Positions 21,692-31,474 of a stretch of 64,000 nucleotides of DNA are shown here, one piece after another. The first letter of the stretch is position 1, and each line of letters starts with the position of its first letter. The position numbers and the translations under genes were made by a program. The DNA is from an uncultured Actinomycetota bacterium. Its GTDB lineage: Bacteria; Actinomycetota; Actinomycetes; Streptosporangiales; Streptosporangiaceae. The notes under the pieces are model-generated. The model saw only the letters and a list, made by a program, of their open reading frames with translations. It searched no databases and was not told where the DNA came from. Where the stretch lies: assembly GCA_963753225.1 (NCBI GenBank), contig CAVWBQ010000013.1, positions 167,041-231,040 on the forward strand, read 5' to 3'.

Positions 21692-22203
21692 GCCGATTCC
21701 CTGGCCGGCCTGGTCCCGTCCATCCGGATCCCGCGCAGCGCGAGCAGCACGACCAGCACGCCCGCGCACACGATGGCGGAGTCGGCGAGGTTGAAGACCG
21801 GCCAGTCCGGCAGCTCGATCCAGTCGACCACATGCCCCTGGAACAGCCCAGGCGCGCGGAAGATCCGGTCCAGCAGGTTCCCGGTAGCCCCGCCGAGCAG
21901 CAGGCCAAGCGTGATGGCCCAGCCGACGCTGCGCAGGTTCCGGGCGGTGCGCAGGATGTAGACGACCACGCCGAGGGCGATCGCGGTGAACACGATCGTC
22001 ATCGACGTGCCGATGCTGAACGCGGCCCCGCCGTTGCGGGTCAGCGTGATCGTCAGCGCCCCGCCGAGAAGCCTGATCGGCGCGTGGTCCGGCATCGCGG
22101 CCACGACGATGGCCTTGGAGATGACGTCGGCCGCGATGACGAACACGGCCACGGCGAGCAGCAGCACGATCCGGCGCGGCCGCTGCGGTGGCGCGGCGTC
22201 CAT
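21688..22203 (-). CDS. lspA: lipoprotein signal peptidase (signal peptidase II)
   Basis: 171 aa: ...[12 protein letters not shown]...[12 protein letters not shown]...[20 protein letters not shown]. Confidence 0.92.
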   Translation of the reverse strand: MDAAPPQRPRRIVLLLAVAVFVIAADVISKAIVVAAMPDHAPIRLLGGALTITLTRNGGAAFSIGTSMTIVFTAIALGVVVYILRTARNLRSVGWAITLGLLLGGATGNLLDRIFRAPGLFQGHVVDWIELPDWPVFNLADSAIVCAGVLVVLLALRGIRMDGTRPARESA

Positions 22204-22244
22204 GGTGAGCAAGCTTATCTGCGCTTTGGCGTTACGCTGGGCCG

Positions 22245-25200
22245 GTGCCGGGATTCGAGCCGCTCCCCGCGCAGGTCGACCTGCCCGCGCTTGAGCTTCA
22301 GATACTGACCCGCTGGCAGGACGCGGGGATCTTCGAGCGATCACTGAAGCAGACCGAGGGCGGACCGAGCTGGATCTTCTACGAGGGACCGCCCACCGCC
22401 AACGGGATGCCTGGCGCGCACCACGTCGAGGCGCGCACGTTCAAGGACCTGTTCCCCAGGTTCAAGACCATGCAGGGGTTCCACGTCCCGCGCAAGGGCG
22501 GCTGGGACTGCCACGGGCTTCCGGTCGAGGTCGCGGTGGAGAAGGAACTTGGCTTCACCGGCAAGCGGGACATCGAGGCGTACGGGGTCGCCGAGTTTAA
22601 CGCGCGCTGCCGCGAGTCCGTGCTCAGGCACGTCGACGCGTGGCTGGAAATGTCCCGGCGGATGGGTTACTGGGCCGACACCGACAATGCCTACCGGACC
22701 ATGGACCCCAGCTACATCGAGTCGGTCTGGTGGTCGCTCAAGGTCGTGTTCGACGCCGGGCTCCTGGTCCGTGACCACCGGATCAGCCCGTACTGCCCCC
22801 GCTGCGGCACGCCGCTGTCCGACGCCGAACTCGGCCAGCCCGACGTCTACCAGATCGTCTCCGACCCGGCCGTCACGGTCAGGTTCCGGCTGCGCGCGCT
22901 GCCGGAGGGCTCGCCGCGTGAGCTCGAGGGGGCCGACCTGCTCGTCTGGACGACCACGCCGTGGACGCTGGTAGCCAACACCGCGGTGGCGGTCCATCCG
23001 GACGCGACCTACGTGGTGGCGCGCAAGTCGCGGGACGGCGACCGGGTCGTGGTCGCCGACGACCTGTTCGCCAGGGTGCTCGGCGACGGCTGGCACGTCG
23101 CCGCCAGGTTCAGCGGACAGGCGCTGGTCGGGGCGAGTTACCAGCGCCCGTTCGGCCTCATCGAGATTCCCGACGCTCACATCGTCGTTCCAGGGTCATT
23201 CGTGACCACGCAGGACGGCACCGGGCTGGTCCACCTGGCGCCGGCGTTCGGCGCTGACGACATGACCGCCTCGCGCGCGCACGGCCTGCCCGTGGTCAAC
23301 CCGATCCGGCCGGACGGGCGGTTCGAGGACGACGTACCGCTGGTCGGCGGGATGTTCTTCAAGGAAGCCGACCGGCGGCTGATCGACGACCTCGACGACC
23401 GCGGGCTGCTGTTCCGGTCCGAACGGCACGAGCACAGCTACCCGCACTGCTGGCGGTGCGGCACCCTGCTGCTCTACTACGCGGTGCCCTCGTGGTACAT
23501 CAGGACCACCGCGATCAAGGACAGGCTGCTGGCCGAGAACGAGCGGACCAACTGGTACCCGGCGACGGTCAAGGATGGCCGGTACGGCGAGTGGTTGCGG
23601 AACAACGTGGACTGGGCGCTGTCGCGGACCAGGTACTGGGGCACGCCGCTTCCCCTGTGGGAGTGCTCGCAGTCGCACCTGACCTGCGTCGGCTCGCTGG
23701 CCGAGTTGTCCGCGCTGGCCGGGCGTGACCTGACCCGGCTCGACCCGCACCGGCCGTACGTGGATTCGGTCACGTTCACGTGCCCTGCCTGCGACGGCGA
23801 GGCGCGGCGGGTGCCCGAGGTGATCGACGTCTGGTACGACTCCGGCTCGATGCCGTTCGCGCAGTTCGGCGCGCCGTGGTCTGGGCTGGCCGAATTCGAG
23901 GCGTCGTACCCGGCCCAGTTCATCTGCGAGGCGCTGGACCAGACCCGGGGCTGGTTCTACTCGCTGATGGCCGTGGGGACGCTGGTGTTCGGACGTTCGG
24001 CGTACGAGAACGTGGTGTGCGTCGGGCTGCTCGTCGATGAGACCGGCCGCAAGATGAGCAAGCACCTGGGCAACGTGCTGGAGCCGATCCCGCTCATGGA
24101 CGCGCACGGCGCCGACGCGCTGCGCTGGTTCTTCGCGGCCTCCGGCTCGCCGTGGGGCGCCCGGCGGGTCGGGCACGACGTGCTCAGCGAGATCGTCAGG
24201 AAGGTGCTGCTCACCTACTGGAATACCGCGTCGTTCCTGGTGCTCTACGCGAACGCGGGCGGCTGGAGTCTGGCTACGGCCGCCGAGGTTCCGATGGCGG
24301 ACCGGCCGCTGCTCGACCGGTGGATGCTCAGCGAGCTGCACGCGGTGACGCGCGACGTCACGTCGTCGCTGGAGGACTTCGACACCGCCGCGGCCGGCCT
24401 GCGGCTCACGATGTTCATCGACGACCTGTCCAACTGGTACGTACGCCGGTCGCGGCGGCGGTTCTGGGATGGTCCTGGTTCTGCCGATGGCGCAGCGGCA
24501 TTCGCCACGCTGTACGAGTGCGTGACCACCTTGACGCTGCTGCTGGCGCCGTTCGTGCCGTTCGTGACCGACTACGTTCTGGGGCGTGCTGCGCCGCGCC
24601 GGGGCGCCGGAGTCCGTGCACCTGGCGTCGTGGCCTGCTGCTGAGGAGTCGCTGGTCGATTCGGAGCTGTCGGAACAGATGGCGCTGGCGCGGCGGCTGG
24701 TCGAGCTGGGACGTTCGGCCCGGTCGGGGGCTTCGGTGCGGACCAGGCAGCCGCTGCGGCGCGCGCTGATCGGGGCGGCCGGCTTCGACGCGCTGCCGCT
24801 TGAGCTGCGGTCGCTGATCGCGGCGGAGCTCAACGTGGCGTCGCTCTCCGTGCTGGGGCCGGCGGACGGGGAACTGGTCGACTACGCGGTCAAGCCGAAC
24901 TTCCGCGCGCTCGGCCGCCGGTTCGGCGCTCAGACGCCTTCCGTGGCGGCCGCGATCGCCGCCGTGCCCGCCGCCGAGGTCGCCGCCGCGGTGCTGGCGG
25001 GCGGCACGGTCACCGTTCCGGTGGCTGACGGCCCGGCCGTTTCCGTCGGCCCGGACGACGTGATCGTGACCCAGACGCCGCGGGCGGGCTGGGCGGTGGC
25101 CACCGACGCGGGCGAGACTGTGGCCATCGACACCACGATCACCCCGGAACTGCGGCGCGAAGGGCTCGCGCGCGAGGCCATCCGGCTCATCCAGGAGGCA

Positions 25201-25473
25201 CGCAAGAGCGACGGCCTGGACGTCACCGACCGGATCGCGCTGCTCTGGTCGGCTCTTGACCCTGCCGGCGCTGCCGGCGCTGCTGGCCCTGCGGGCGCTG
25301 CCGGCCGGGAACTGGCGGAGGCGCTGACCCGGCACGCCGCGCTGATCGCGGGCGAGGTACTGGCAGTGGAGTTCGGCCCGGCCGAGGCTGATGTGGCTGG
25401 GCTGGGGTCTGATGACGTGCGGGAACACGCGGACGAGGAACTGGGCCTGCGGTTCTGGCTCAGGCGGGTCTGA
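22245..25473 (+). pseudogene. ileS: isoleucine--tRNA ligase; reading frame broken by one extra nucleotide near 24579
   Basis: The 22245..24578 frame carries the class I motifs (PPTANGMPGAHHV, KMSKHLGN). The 24580..25473 frame continues ...WGVLRRAGAPESVHLASWP... Skipping C24579 gives a seamless FVTDYV-WGVLRR junction and a product of about 1075 aa. Confidence 0.9.
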
Positions 25474-25701
25474 ACCGCTCGGCTTGCTGCCGAAACTTGG
25501 CGCATGGGAACTGGCAGTATGGCGCCGCGCGGGCACAGAAACGCTTCAGCGACTCTGGCACCGCCCGTACCACGCTCATACTGCATGGTTGCCGCAACCA
25601 TGTCGCTAGGGGGGCGCGTCAGAAGATAACCCGTCGCGTCGGGATTTCTGGCGTGCTGATGCGGTAACCGCTGGGTCGATGGGCCGTTGGTCCGGTTAGA
25701 G

Positions 25702-26038
25702 AAATCATGAGCCACTGCGTGGCTCTGCCGCAGGTGATGGAAACTGGGTCCCTTGCCGCCGCGGGCGGGTGCGGGTGGTGACGGGCTGGGGTCTTTTGCG
25801 GTGTCCGGGCTGCGGGGCCGGGCGCGGAGGGTGCAGGCTCGTGGCGGCTGCCGCCGGTCGTGACCGTTCCAGCCTGGGCCGTTCGAGGCCGTGTTAGAGA
25901 CAGGTCCTGAGGGCTCCCTTGCCGGGTAACCCCCGCTGCTGCTACGTGCGCGCGTGTCAGTCTCCTGTACTGACGGGGGCCCTGGCCGGCGGCGCGCCTA
26001 TCCCAGTCAGATGATGCCGCTGCAGGAGGTGGACGCAG
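25702..26038 (+). ncRNA. candidate bridge/seek RNA in the IS110 5' non-coding leader
   Basis: A leader of about 340 nt lies upstream of the transposase. It contains words identical to the insertion junctions. gggccgtt (25876-83) plus gttagag (25893-99) match the left junction gggccgttggtccggttagag. cgtgtcag (25953-60) matches the right junction ccgtgtcag|ccggacc. It also has local hairpins such as gtcag...ctgac (25956-25974). Confidence 0.25.
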
Positions 26039-27352
26039 GTGAGAGTGCTGTATGAGCATGTCGCCGGGATCGACGTGCACAAGAACATGATCAAGGTCGC
26101 GATCCGGTCCCCGGGTGAGAAGCCGTGGACCCGCACGACCGAGATCCTGGAGTTCCGCACGTTTTACGGGGTGCTGCAGGAGATGGCCCGCCTGCTGCGC
26201 CGCCGCGGGGTGACGCACGTGGTGATGGAGGCGTCCGGGATCTATACCGACCCGGTGTATTACGCGCTCGCCGAGCAGGACTTCACCGAGGTCGCGGTGG
26301 TCAACCCGGCGCACGCCAGGGCGCTGAAGGGCCATAAGACCGACGCGGCGGACTGCCGGCGGCTGGCGGAACTGTTCGAGTGCGGGCTGCTGCGCGGCTC
26401 GTATATCCCGCCGGCGGAGCTGAGGGAGGTGCGGGACCTGACCCGGTACCGGATGAAGACGGTGCAGGCCCGCACCTCGGAGATCCAGCGGCTTGCCAAG
26501 GCGCTGGAGTCGGCCGGCATCAAGCTCGGCTCGGTTGCCAGCGACATTACCGGCAAGTCCGCCACGGCGATGATCGATTCGCTGATCGACGGTGAGCGCC
26601 GCGGTGCCGTGCTGGCGGACCTGGCCAAAGGCCGGATGCGGACCGCGGGCAAGCTGGCTGACCTGTCGATGGCCCTGACCGGCCGGTTCACCGGGCATCA
26701 CGCGCTGATGTGCCGGCTGCACCGGGACCGGATCGCCGGCCTGGACGCCGCCGTGGCTGACCTGGACGACCAGATCGCGGGCCGGGCCGGGCGCTGGCAG
26801 CGGGAACTGGACCTGCTCAAGACCATCCCCGCGTTCGGCAACGTGGTCGCGCAGGCGTGGCTGGCCGAGATCGGCCCGGCCCCGCACCGGCACTTCGCCA
26901 GCCACGAGAAGCTGGCCTCCTGGGTCACGCTCTGCCCGGGCAACAACATCAGCGCCCGCAAGCGCAAGCACGGCCGCACCGGCGACGCCGGCACCTACAT
27001 CAAGCCGGTGCTCATCCAGGCCGCCTGGAACGCCATCCGCACCAAAGGGCGGCTGCAGGCCCGCTACAGCCGGCTGGTCCGCCGGTTCGGCGGAGACAAG
27101 AACCCCGCCGCGAAGAAGAAGGCCATCACCGCGATCGCGCACACCCTGCTCAAGATCGCCTACCAGGTCCTCAAGAGCGGCACCCCCTACCAGGACCTGG
27201 GCGCGGACTTCTACACCCGCCGGGAATCACCCGACCAGCAGCGCGCCTACCTGGAACGACGGCTCCAGAAGCTCTATCCCGGCTGCGCCATCACCATCAC
27301 CATCAGCCCGCCGGAGGCCGTCTTAACATCCACCGCCAGCACCACACCCTGA
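26039..27352 (+). CDS. IS110-family transposase (DEDD/RuvC-like N-domain plus Tnp C-domain)
   Basis: 437 aa: AGIDVHKNMIKVAI...HVVMEASGIY...VAVVNPAHARALKGHKTDAADCRRLAE...LLKTIPAFGNVVAQAWLAEIGP...FASHEKLASWVTLCPGNNISA. Confidence 0.93.
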   Translation: MRVLYEHVAGIDVHKNMIKVAIRSPGEKPWTRTTEILEFRTFYGVLQEMARLLRRRGVTHVVMEASGIYTDPVYYALAEQDFTEVAVVNPAHARALKGHKTDAADCRRLAELFECGLLRGSYIPPAELREVRDLTRYRMKTVQARTSEIQRLAKALESAGIKLGSVASDITGKSATAMIDSLIDGERRGAVLADLAKGRMRTAGKLADLSMALTGRFTGHHALMCRLHRDRIAGLDAAVADLDDQIAGRAGRWQRELDLLKTIPAFGNVVAQAWLAEIGPAPHRHFASHEKLASWVTLCPGNNISARKRKHGRTGDAGTYIKPVLIQAAWNAIRTKGRLQARYSRLVRRFGGDKNPAAKKKAITAIAHTLLKIAYQVLKSGTPYQDLGADFYTRRESPDQQRAYLERRLQKLYPGCAITITISPPEAVLTSTASTTP

Positions 27353-27814
27353 TCCCCGCAGCACCGGAGCCGCCGCCGAACCGGCACCCCCGGCCCGCCC
27401 CCGCCGGACAAACCAGCGCGACCACGCAGCCCTCGCCACCGCCCGGGCCAGGGTTCGCTCCCGCACGCCCACCGGGACCCAGTTTCCGTGTCAGCCGGAC
27501 CAACGGCACATCGACCCAGAACCGCCCTGTGCCGCGGCCGCGGCTATCGCATCGCCGCTCGCACCCGAGCTCAGACCAGCGTGCTAATAACTGACGCGCA
27601 CTAGCTGCATGGACGAGGCAGCCATGCAGTATGAACGGGCGCGCCCGGCCCAACGGCGGAGGTATCAGCGGTCACTGGTGAGGCCCGGCAGCGTACGCGC
27701 ACCAGGATGTGGGGGCCAGAGCCCGCGCCGCGGCCCGCCATGATCAACGTGAACTCGCCGGCAGCGCAGCAATCGGGGATCTGGGATCAGCGCCGGAGCG
27801 GGTAGACACGCCTG

Positions 27815-28864
27815 CTACTCGGGAGACTTATCGGGCTGGTCCGGAAGGCAGGCGCGGCAGGGAGTGCAGCCGACTTTCCGCGCGGCGGCGAGGGTCATCT
27901 TGTCCAGGTCGCTGTCGCCCATGAAACGAATGAGGATGCAGTGGGCGTTGTGATACCTCGGAACGCCCGGGACCACGGTTACCTCCATGGTGGGGTCCGG
28001 GACCGCGGGTTCGGCTTCGGCGGCTTGCTCGTCCTGCTCGGGCCGCTCGGCCTGCGAGGTTGCGGGAGCGCTACCGGCAGTGGTGGCGCCGGGGACCAAC
28101 GTCAGTTCGGGCTCGGAAGCCGGGTCAGCGCCGGAAACCGGTTCGGGCCCGGGAGCGGGCTCCGGCGGCTGTTCCTTGGCCGGGGGCTGGTCTCGCTCGG
28201 CGGTCGGCGAGGGTTCGGCGGTGTCCTCCTCGCGGGGCGGGACAGGCTTCACGACCGGCTGGGGTGACGTGGGAGGCGCGGCTGACGGGGCGGGGGCTTC
28301 CGCGGCGGCGGGCGGGGCCTGGATGGTGTTGTCGCGAAACTCCCAGGCACCTGGTGCCGACGGCTCCCGGCGCGGGGTGAACGCGGCGGGGGCACGCGGC
28401 ACGTCGTCCGGGCGTGAGCCCGGCGGCTGGGCGCCCGGGCGTGACTCGGGCTTGGGCCTAGGTGCCTCGGTGGCGGGCAGGTATCCGGGACGGGACGGGC
28501 CCGAAGGGGCCGCGGCGGGCCAGCCGGATCCGGCGGTGGCCGGGGCAGACCCGGCCGGGACCGACCCGGCCGCCGGGACCGACCCGGCCGGGACCGGCAC
28601 CTGCGGCGGCTGGGCCTGTGACGTCGCGGCCTGTGACGTCGCGGCCTCGGGGGCCGCGGCTTGCGCGGCGGGCCCCTGTGCGCTGGTTTCGGCCGTCTTG
28701 CCGGTTAGCTCACGCCAGTTGACGGCCGCGCCTATGCCCAGCGCCAGCAGGGCCACGCCACTCACGCCGATCGCGATGTAGACGAGCAAGAGCTTGCTCG
28801 TGACTACACCGGCGACCAGCAATCCGACCGCGACGACAACGAGAAACGCACTGAAGCGAATCAC
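27815..28864 (-). CDS. membrane protein with a long Pro/Ala-rich linker and a C-terminal His/Cys motif
   Basis: 349 aa with GTG start. It has two N-terminal TM helices, a low-complexity linker of about 230 aa, and a C-terminus VVPGVPRYHNAHCILIRFMGDSDLDKMTLAAARKVGCTPCRACLP (H-x3-C ... C-x2-C). Confidence 0.6.
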   Translation of the reverse strand: MIRFSAFLVVVAVGLLVAGVVTSKLLLVYIAIGVSGVALLALGIGAAVNWRELTGKTAETSAQGPAAQAAAPEAATSQAATSQAQPPQVPVPAGSVPAAGSVPAGSAPATAGSGWPAAAPSGPSRPGYLPATEAPRPKPESRPGAQPPGSRPDDVPRAPAAFTPRREPSAPGAWEFRDNTIQAPPAAAEAPAPSAAPPTSPQPVVKPVPPREEDTAEPSPTAERDQPPAKEQPPEPAPGPEPVSGADPASEPELTLVPGATTAGSAPATSQAERPEQDEQAAEAEPAVPDPTMEVTVVPGVPRYHNAHCILIRFMGDSDLDKMTLAAARKVGCTPCRACLPDQPDKSPE

Positions 28865-28908
28865 AACGCGTTCTCTCCCCGCGGTTCCCGCTCAAGGTCC
28901 TTGTGTGC

Positions 28909-29754
28909 CTACCGGCGCTCGCGCGAGGGCGCTCCGTCGCTCGTGCGGAAACCACCGGAGTGCTGCACTACCTCGGGGACGCCGTACTGACCCGTGCCCT
29001 GACCGCCGTTGCGCGCGCCGCTCGGGGCGAGCGCGGGCGGCATCGACGGCTGCGTGCCCGAACCCATCGTCGGGAAGGTTCCGCTGTCGGTGACACCAGC
29101 CTCCAGGTCGCGGAGCTGGCCCTCCAGGTAAGCCTTCAGCCTGCTGCGGTACTCGCGCTCGAACGCACGCAGGTCGTCGACCCGGCGCTCGAGTTCCTCG
29201 CGGGTCTGGACCAGCGAGCCCATGGCCTGACGGTGCCGCTCCTGCGCGTCGCGCTCCAGGCTCTCGGCCCGGGCTCGTGCGTCGCCGGTGATCTGCTCCG
29301 CCTGCCGCCTGGCCTTGGTCAGCACCTCGTCCGCCTCACGGCGAGCGCGGCCCAGCGTCTCGTCGGCTTCCCGACGGGCGTCGGCAATGGCCTGGTCGGC
29401 GGTCTGCTGTGCCAGGGAGAGCACGCGGGCGGCCGTGTCCATGTTGTCCTCGATGTGCGGCATCCCGCCCATCATGACCGGCTCGGGCTGCCTGCGCTCC
29501 GGCTCCATCCGCTCGGGCGCCATCATGTCAGGCTTCGGGTCCGACAGCGGGGAGCTCAGCGCGGGTACCGCAGACTTACCACCGCGCAGGCATTCCGCCA
29601 GCTTGGCCCGGAGCTCTTCGTTCTCCTGGATCAGCCGGTCAAGCTCACCCTCAACCTCGTCAAGGAAGGCGTCAACCTCTTCCTCGTCGTAGCCCGGCCT
29701 GAGCCTGGTCGTACTGAACTGCTTATTCCGCACATCCGCGGGCGTCAGCGGCAT
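28909..29754 (-). CDS. divIVA: DivIVA/Wag31 polar growth and division protein
   Basis: 281 aa from MPLTPADVRNKQFSTTRLRPGYDEEEVDAFLDEVE, followed by coiled-coil segments. ATG at 29754. Confidence 0.93.
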   Translation of the reverse strand: MPLTPADVRNKQFSTTRLRPGYDEEEVDAFLDEVEGELDRLIQENEELRAKLAECLRGGKSAVPALSSPLSDPKPDMMAPERMEPERRQPEPVMMGGMPHIEDNMDTAARVLSLAQQTADQAIADARREADETLGRARREADEVLTKARRQAEQITGDARARAESLERDAQERHRQAMGSLVQTREELERRVDDLRAFEREYRSRLKAYLEGQLRDLEAGVTDSGTFPTMGSGTQPSMPPALAPSGARNGGQGTGQYGVPEVVQHSGGFRTSDGAPSRERR

Positions 29755-29803
29755 CTCGTCTCCTCGGCGCACTTGGACCGTGTTCCTCACGACGGTACCC
29801 GAA

Positions 29804-30091
29804 TCAAAGGCGCGGCACGACCACTTCAAGCAGGATCAGAATCACGATGAACAGAACCATGAAGCTGAGGTCCAGGGCCACCATGCCGAGCCGAAGGGTC
29901 GGGATGAACCGCCGCAGTAGTTTCAGGGGCGGATCTGTGATCGTGAAGATACCCTCGGCGATCACCAGCAGTATGCCGGATGGGCGCCACTCACGGGCGA
30001 AAACCTGCACCCAGCTGAAGATCATCCTGCCGATCAGGACCACAAGGTAGATCGTCAGCACATATGTGAGGACTTCCCTCAGGTACTGCAC
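29804..30091 (-). CDS. yggT: YggT/YlmG-family membrane protein
   Basis: 95 aa: YVLTIYLVVLIGRMIFSW...TDPPLKLLRRFIP..R.G..DLS. It occupies the conserved position between sepF and divIVA. Confidence 0.88.
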   Translation of the reverse strand: MQYLREVLTYVLTIYLVVLIGRMIFSWVQVFAREWRPSGILLVIAEGIFTITDPPLKLLRRFIPTLRLGMVALDLSFMVLFIVILILLEVVVPRL

Positions 30092-30180
30092 AAATCCACC
30101 CTGCCCCTGTCATGACCAGCGGGGTCGCCGACCGGGTCGGCCTGATCACTGATCAGCATCACGTCATCACTACTCGCTGG

Positions 30181-30699
30181 CTAGCTCTGGTTGAAGAAGC
30201 CGCGCTCTGCGATGCGAGCCTTATCCTCCGCAGTCACCTCGACGTTCGCCGGTGACAGCAGGAAGACCTTGTTGGTCACACGCTCGATGCTCCCGCGCAG
30301 GCCGAAGATCAGCCCCGCCGCGAAGTCGACCAGACGTTTTGCGTCGCTGTCGACCATCTCGGTCAGGTTCATGATCACCGGGGTGCCTTCGCGGAAGTGT
30401 TCACCAATAGTACGCGCTTCATTGTAGGTGCGAGGATGCAGTGTCGTGATACGGGCGAGATCGGTCGTCTGCGACACGTGCTCAGCGCGCCAGTCGGCGG
30501 GCTGGTAGCCGGCGTAGTCATCACGGCCGACACGGACATCGGGCTCGTCGGCCTGCTCGACCCGGTCGACCCGGTCGACCCGGTCAGCCTGGTCGTCGTA
30601 GTCCTCGTACTCTCCGTAGGAGTCGTACTTGTCCTGCAAGCGGTGATCGTCCTCAACGAGGCCGAGGTAGACCGCCATCTTCCGCATGGCACTGGCCAT
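30181..30699 (-). CDS. sepF: cell division protein SepF
   Basis: 172 aa: [13 protein letters not shown]...[32 protein letters not shown]....[26 protein letters not shown]. Confidence 0.94.
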   Translation of the reverse strand: MASAMRKMAVYLGLVEDDHRLQDKYDSYGEYEDYDDQADRVDRVDRVEQADEPDVRVGRDDYAGYQPADWRAEHVSQTTDLARITTLHPRTYNEARTIGEHFREGTPVIMNLTEMVDSDAKRLVDFAAGLIFGLRGSIERVTNKVFLLSPANVEVTAEDKARIAERGFFNQS

Positions 30700-30760
30700 C
30701 CTTCAGTCCTCCCAGCCTGTACCCGTCTTCGCCAGCCGTTTCGGCCTCACGCGTGGGACA

Positions 30761-31474
30761 CTACCTGACACGCGGCCCGCGATCGCCGAGCAACGCCGTA
30801 CCGATTCGCAGGTGTGTCGCGCCGGCCTCGACGGCGGCCTCGAGATCGCCGCTCATGCCGGCCGAGATCACCGTGGCGCCCGGCCTGACCGCGCGCACGG
30901 CGGCCGCGCTGACCCGCAGCCGGGCGAAGGCGTCGGCGGGCGCCATGGACAGCGGGGCGATGGCCATCACGCCGCTGAGCACCAGTCCCTCCTCGGCTGC
31001 CAGCGCCTCGGCTAGGGCCGGAACCTCCGCCGCGGCCGCCCCGCCGCGGGCCGGGTCGCCGTCCAGGCTCACCTCAACCAGGCACTCGATCACCCGCCCG
31101 GCCCGGCGCGCGGCCTTGCCGAGGGCACCAATCAGCCGCAGCCGGTCCACCGAATGCACGACGCTGGCGTACCGCGCCACGCTGGCGCACTTGTTCGTCT
31201 GCAGCTGCCCGATGAAGTGCCAGGTGAGGTTTTCAAGGCCAAGGTCAGCGCACTCGGCGGCCTTCGGCGCCGCCTCGGCGTCGCGGTTCTCCCCGATGTC
31301 GGTCAGGCCAAGCTCGCTGAGCAGCCGGACGTCGGACGCGGGCTTGGTCTTGGTCACCGCGATCAGCGTCAGCTCGCTGACGTCCCTCCCGGCCGCCTCG
31401 CATGCCTTGGCGATTCGGCCGCGGACTTCGGCCAGCCGCAGGGCGAGTTCTTCTCGCCGGCCGGGCTCGGTCAC
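30761..31474 (-). CDS. yggS: YggS/YlmE-family pyridoxal-phosphate-binding protein
   Basis: 237 aa: LIAVTKTKP...GENR.QE...[11 protein letters not shown]...VHSVDR...V.L.......GG......LSGVMAIAP...LSAGMS.D...A...[15 protein letters not shown] 31474 overlaps the ftsZ stop (GTGA). Confidence 0.92.
   Translation of the reverse strand: MTEPGRREELALRLAEVRGRIAKACEAAGRDVSELTLIAVTKTKPASDVRLLSELGLTDIGENRDAEAAPKAAECADLGLENLTWHFIGQLQTNKCASVARYASVVHSVDRLRLIGALGKAARRAGRVIECLVEVSLDGDPARGGAAAAEVPALAEALAAEEGLVLSGVMAIAPLSMAPADAFARLRVSAAAVRAVRPGATVISAGMSGDLEAAVEAGATHLRIGTALLGDRGPRVR

Larger units (their letters stand above)
25696..27494 (+). mobile_element. IS110-family insertion sequence (maximal extent about 1.8 kb)
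   Basis: This segment separates ggtccgg (25689-95) from ccggacc (27495-501). In the uninterrupted copy (47791-47810) those two words are separated by only 6 nt. It contains a single DEDD-type transposase gene and has no terminal inverted repeats, as expected for IS110. Confidence 0.8.
25577..27633. repeat. copy A of a long-palindrome repeat element, interrupted at its apex by an IS110-family element
   Basis: Outer 12-bp inverted repeat is catactgcatgg (25577-88) / ccatgcagtatg (27622-33). Flanking hairpins lie at 25584-25602 and 27605-27629. Arm 25614-25695 is about 91% identical to the reverse complement of 47804-47888. Arm 27495-27600 matches the reverse complement of 47664-47797. Confidence 0.8.

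Noticed and set aside
19986-21908. 640-aa minus-strand track ORF
   Set aside because: Only the last 256 aa (from ATG 20756) look like a real DinB/MDMPI-like protein. The upstream part overlaps rluD and lspA in another frame.
22204-22244. Expected ileS T-box leader
   Set aside because: Actinobacterial ileS genes often have a T-box riboswitch. Here only 41 nt separate the divergent lspA start from the ileS start. The only T-box-like word (ggtggcgcggcg at about 22185) lies inside lspA and matches the consensus poorly.
25619-27142. 507-aa minus-strand ORF overlapping the IS110 transposase
   Set aside because: It is antisense to a transposase with clear DEDD motifs. Its composition is shadow-like, and it spans the IS boundary, which a real IS gene would not do.
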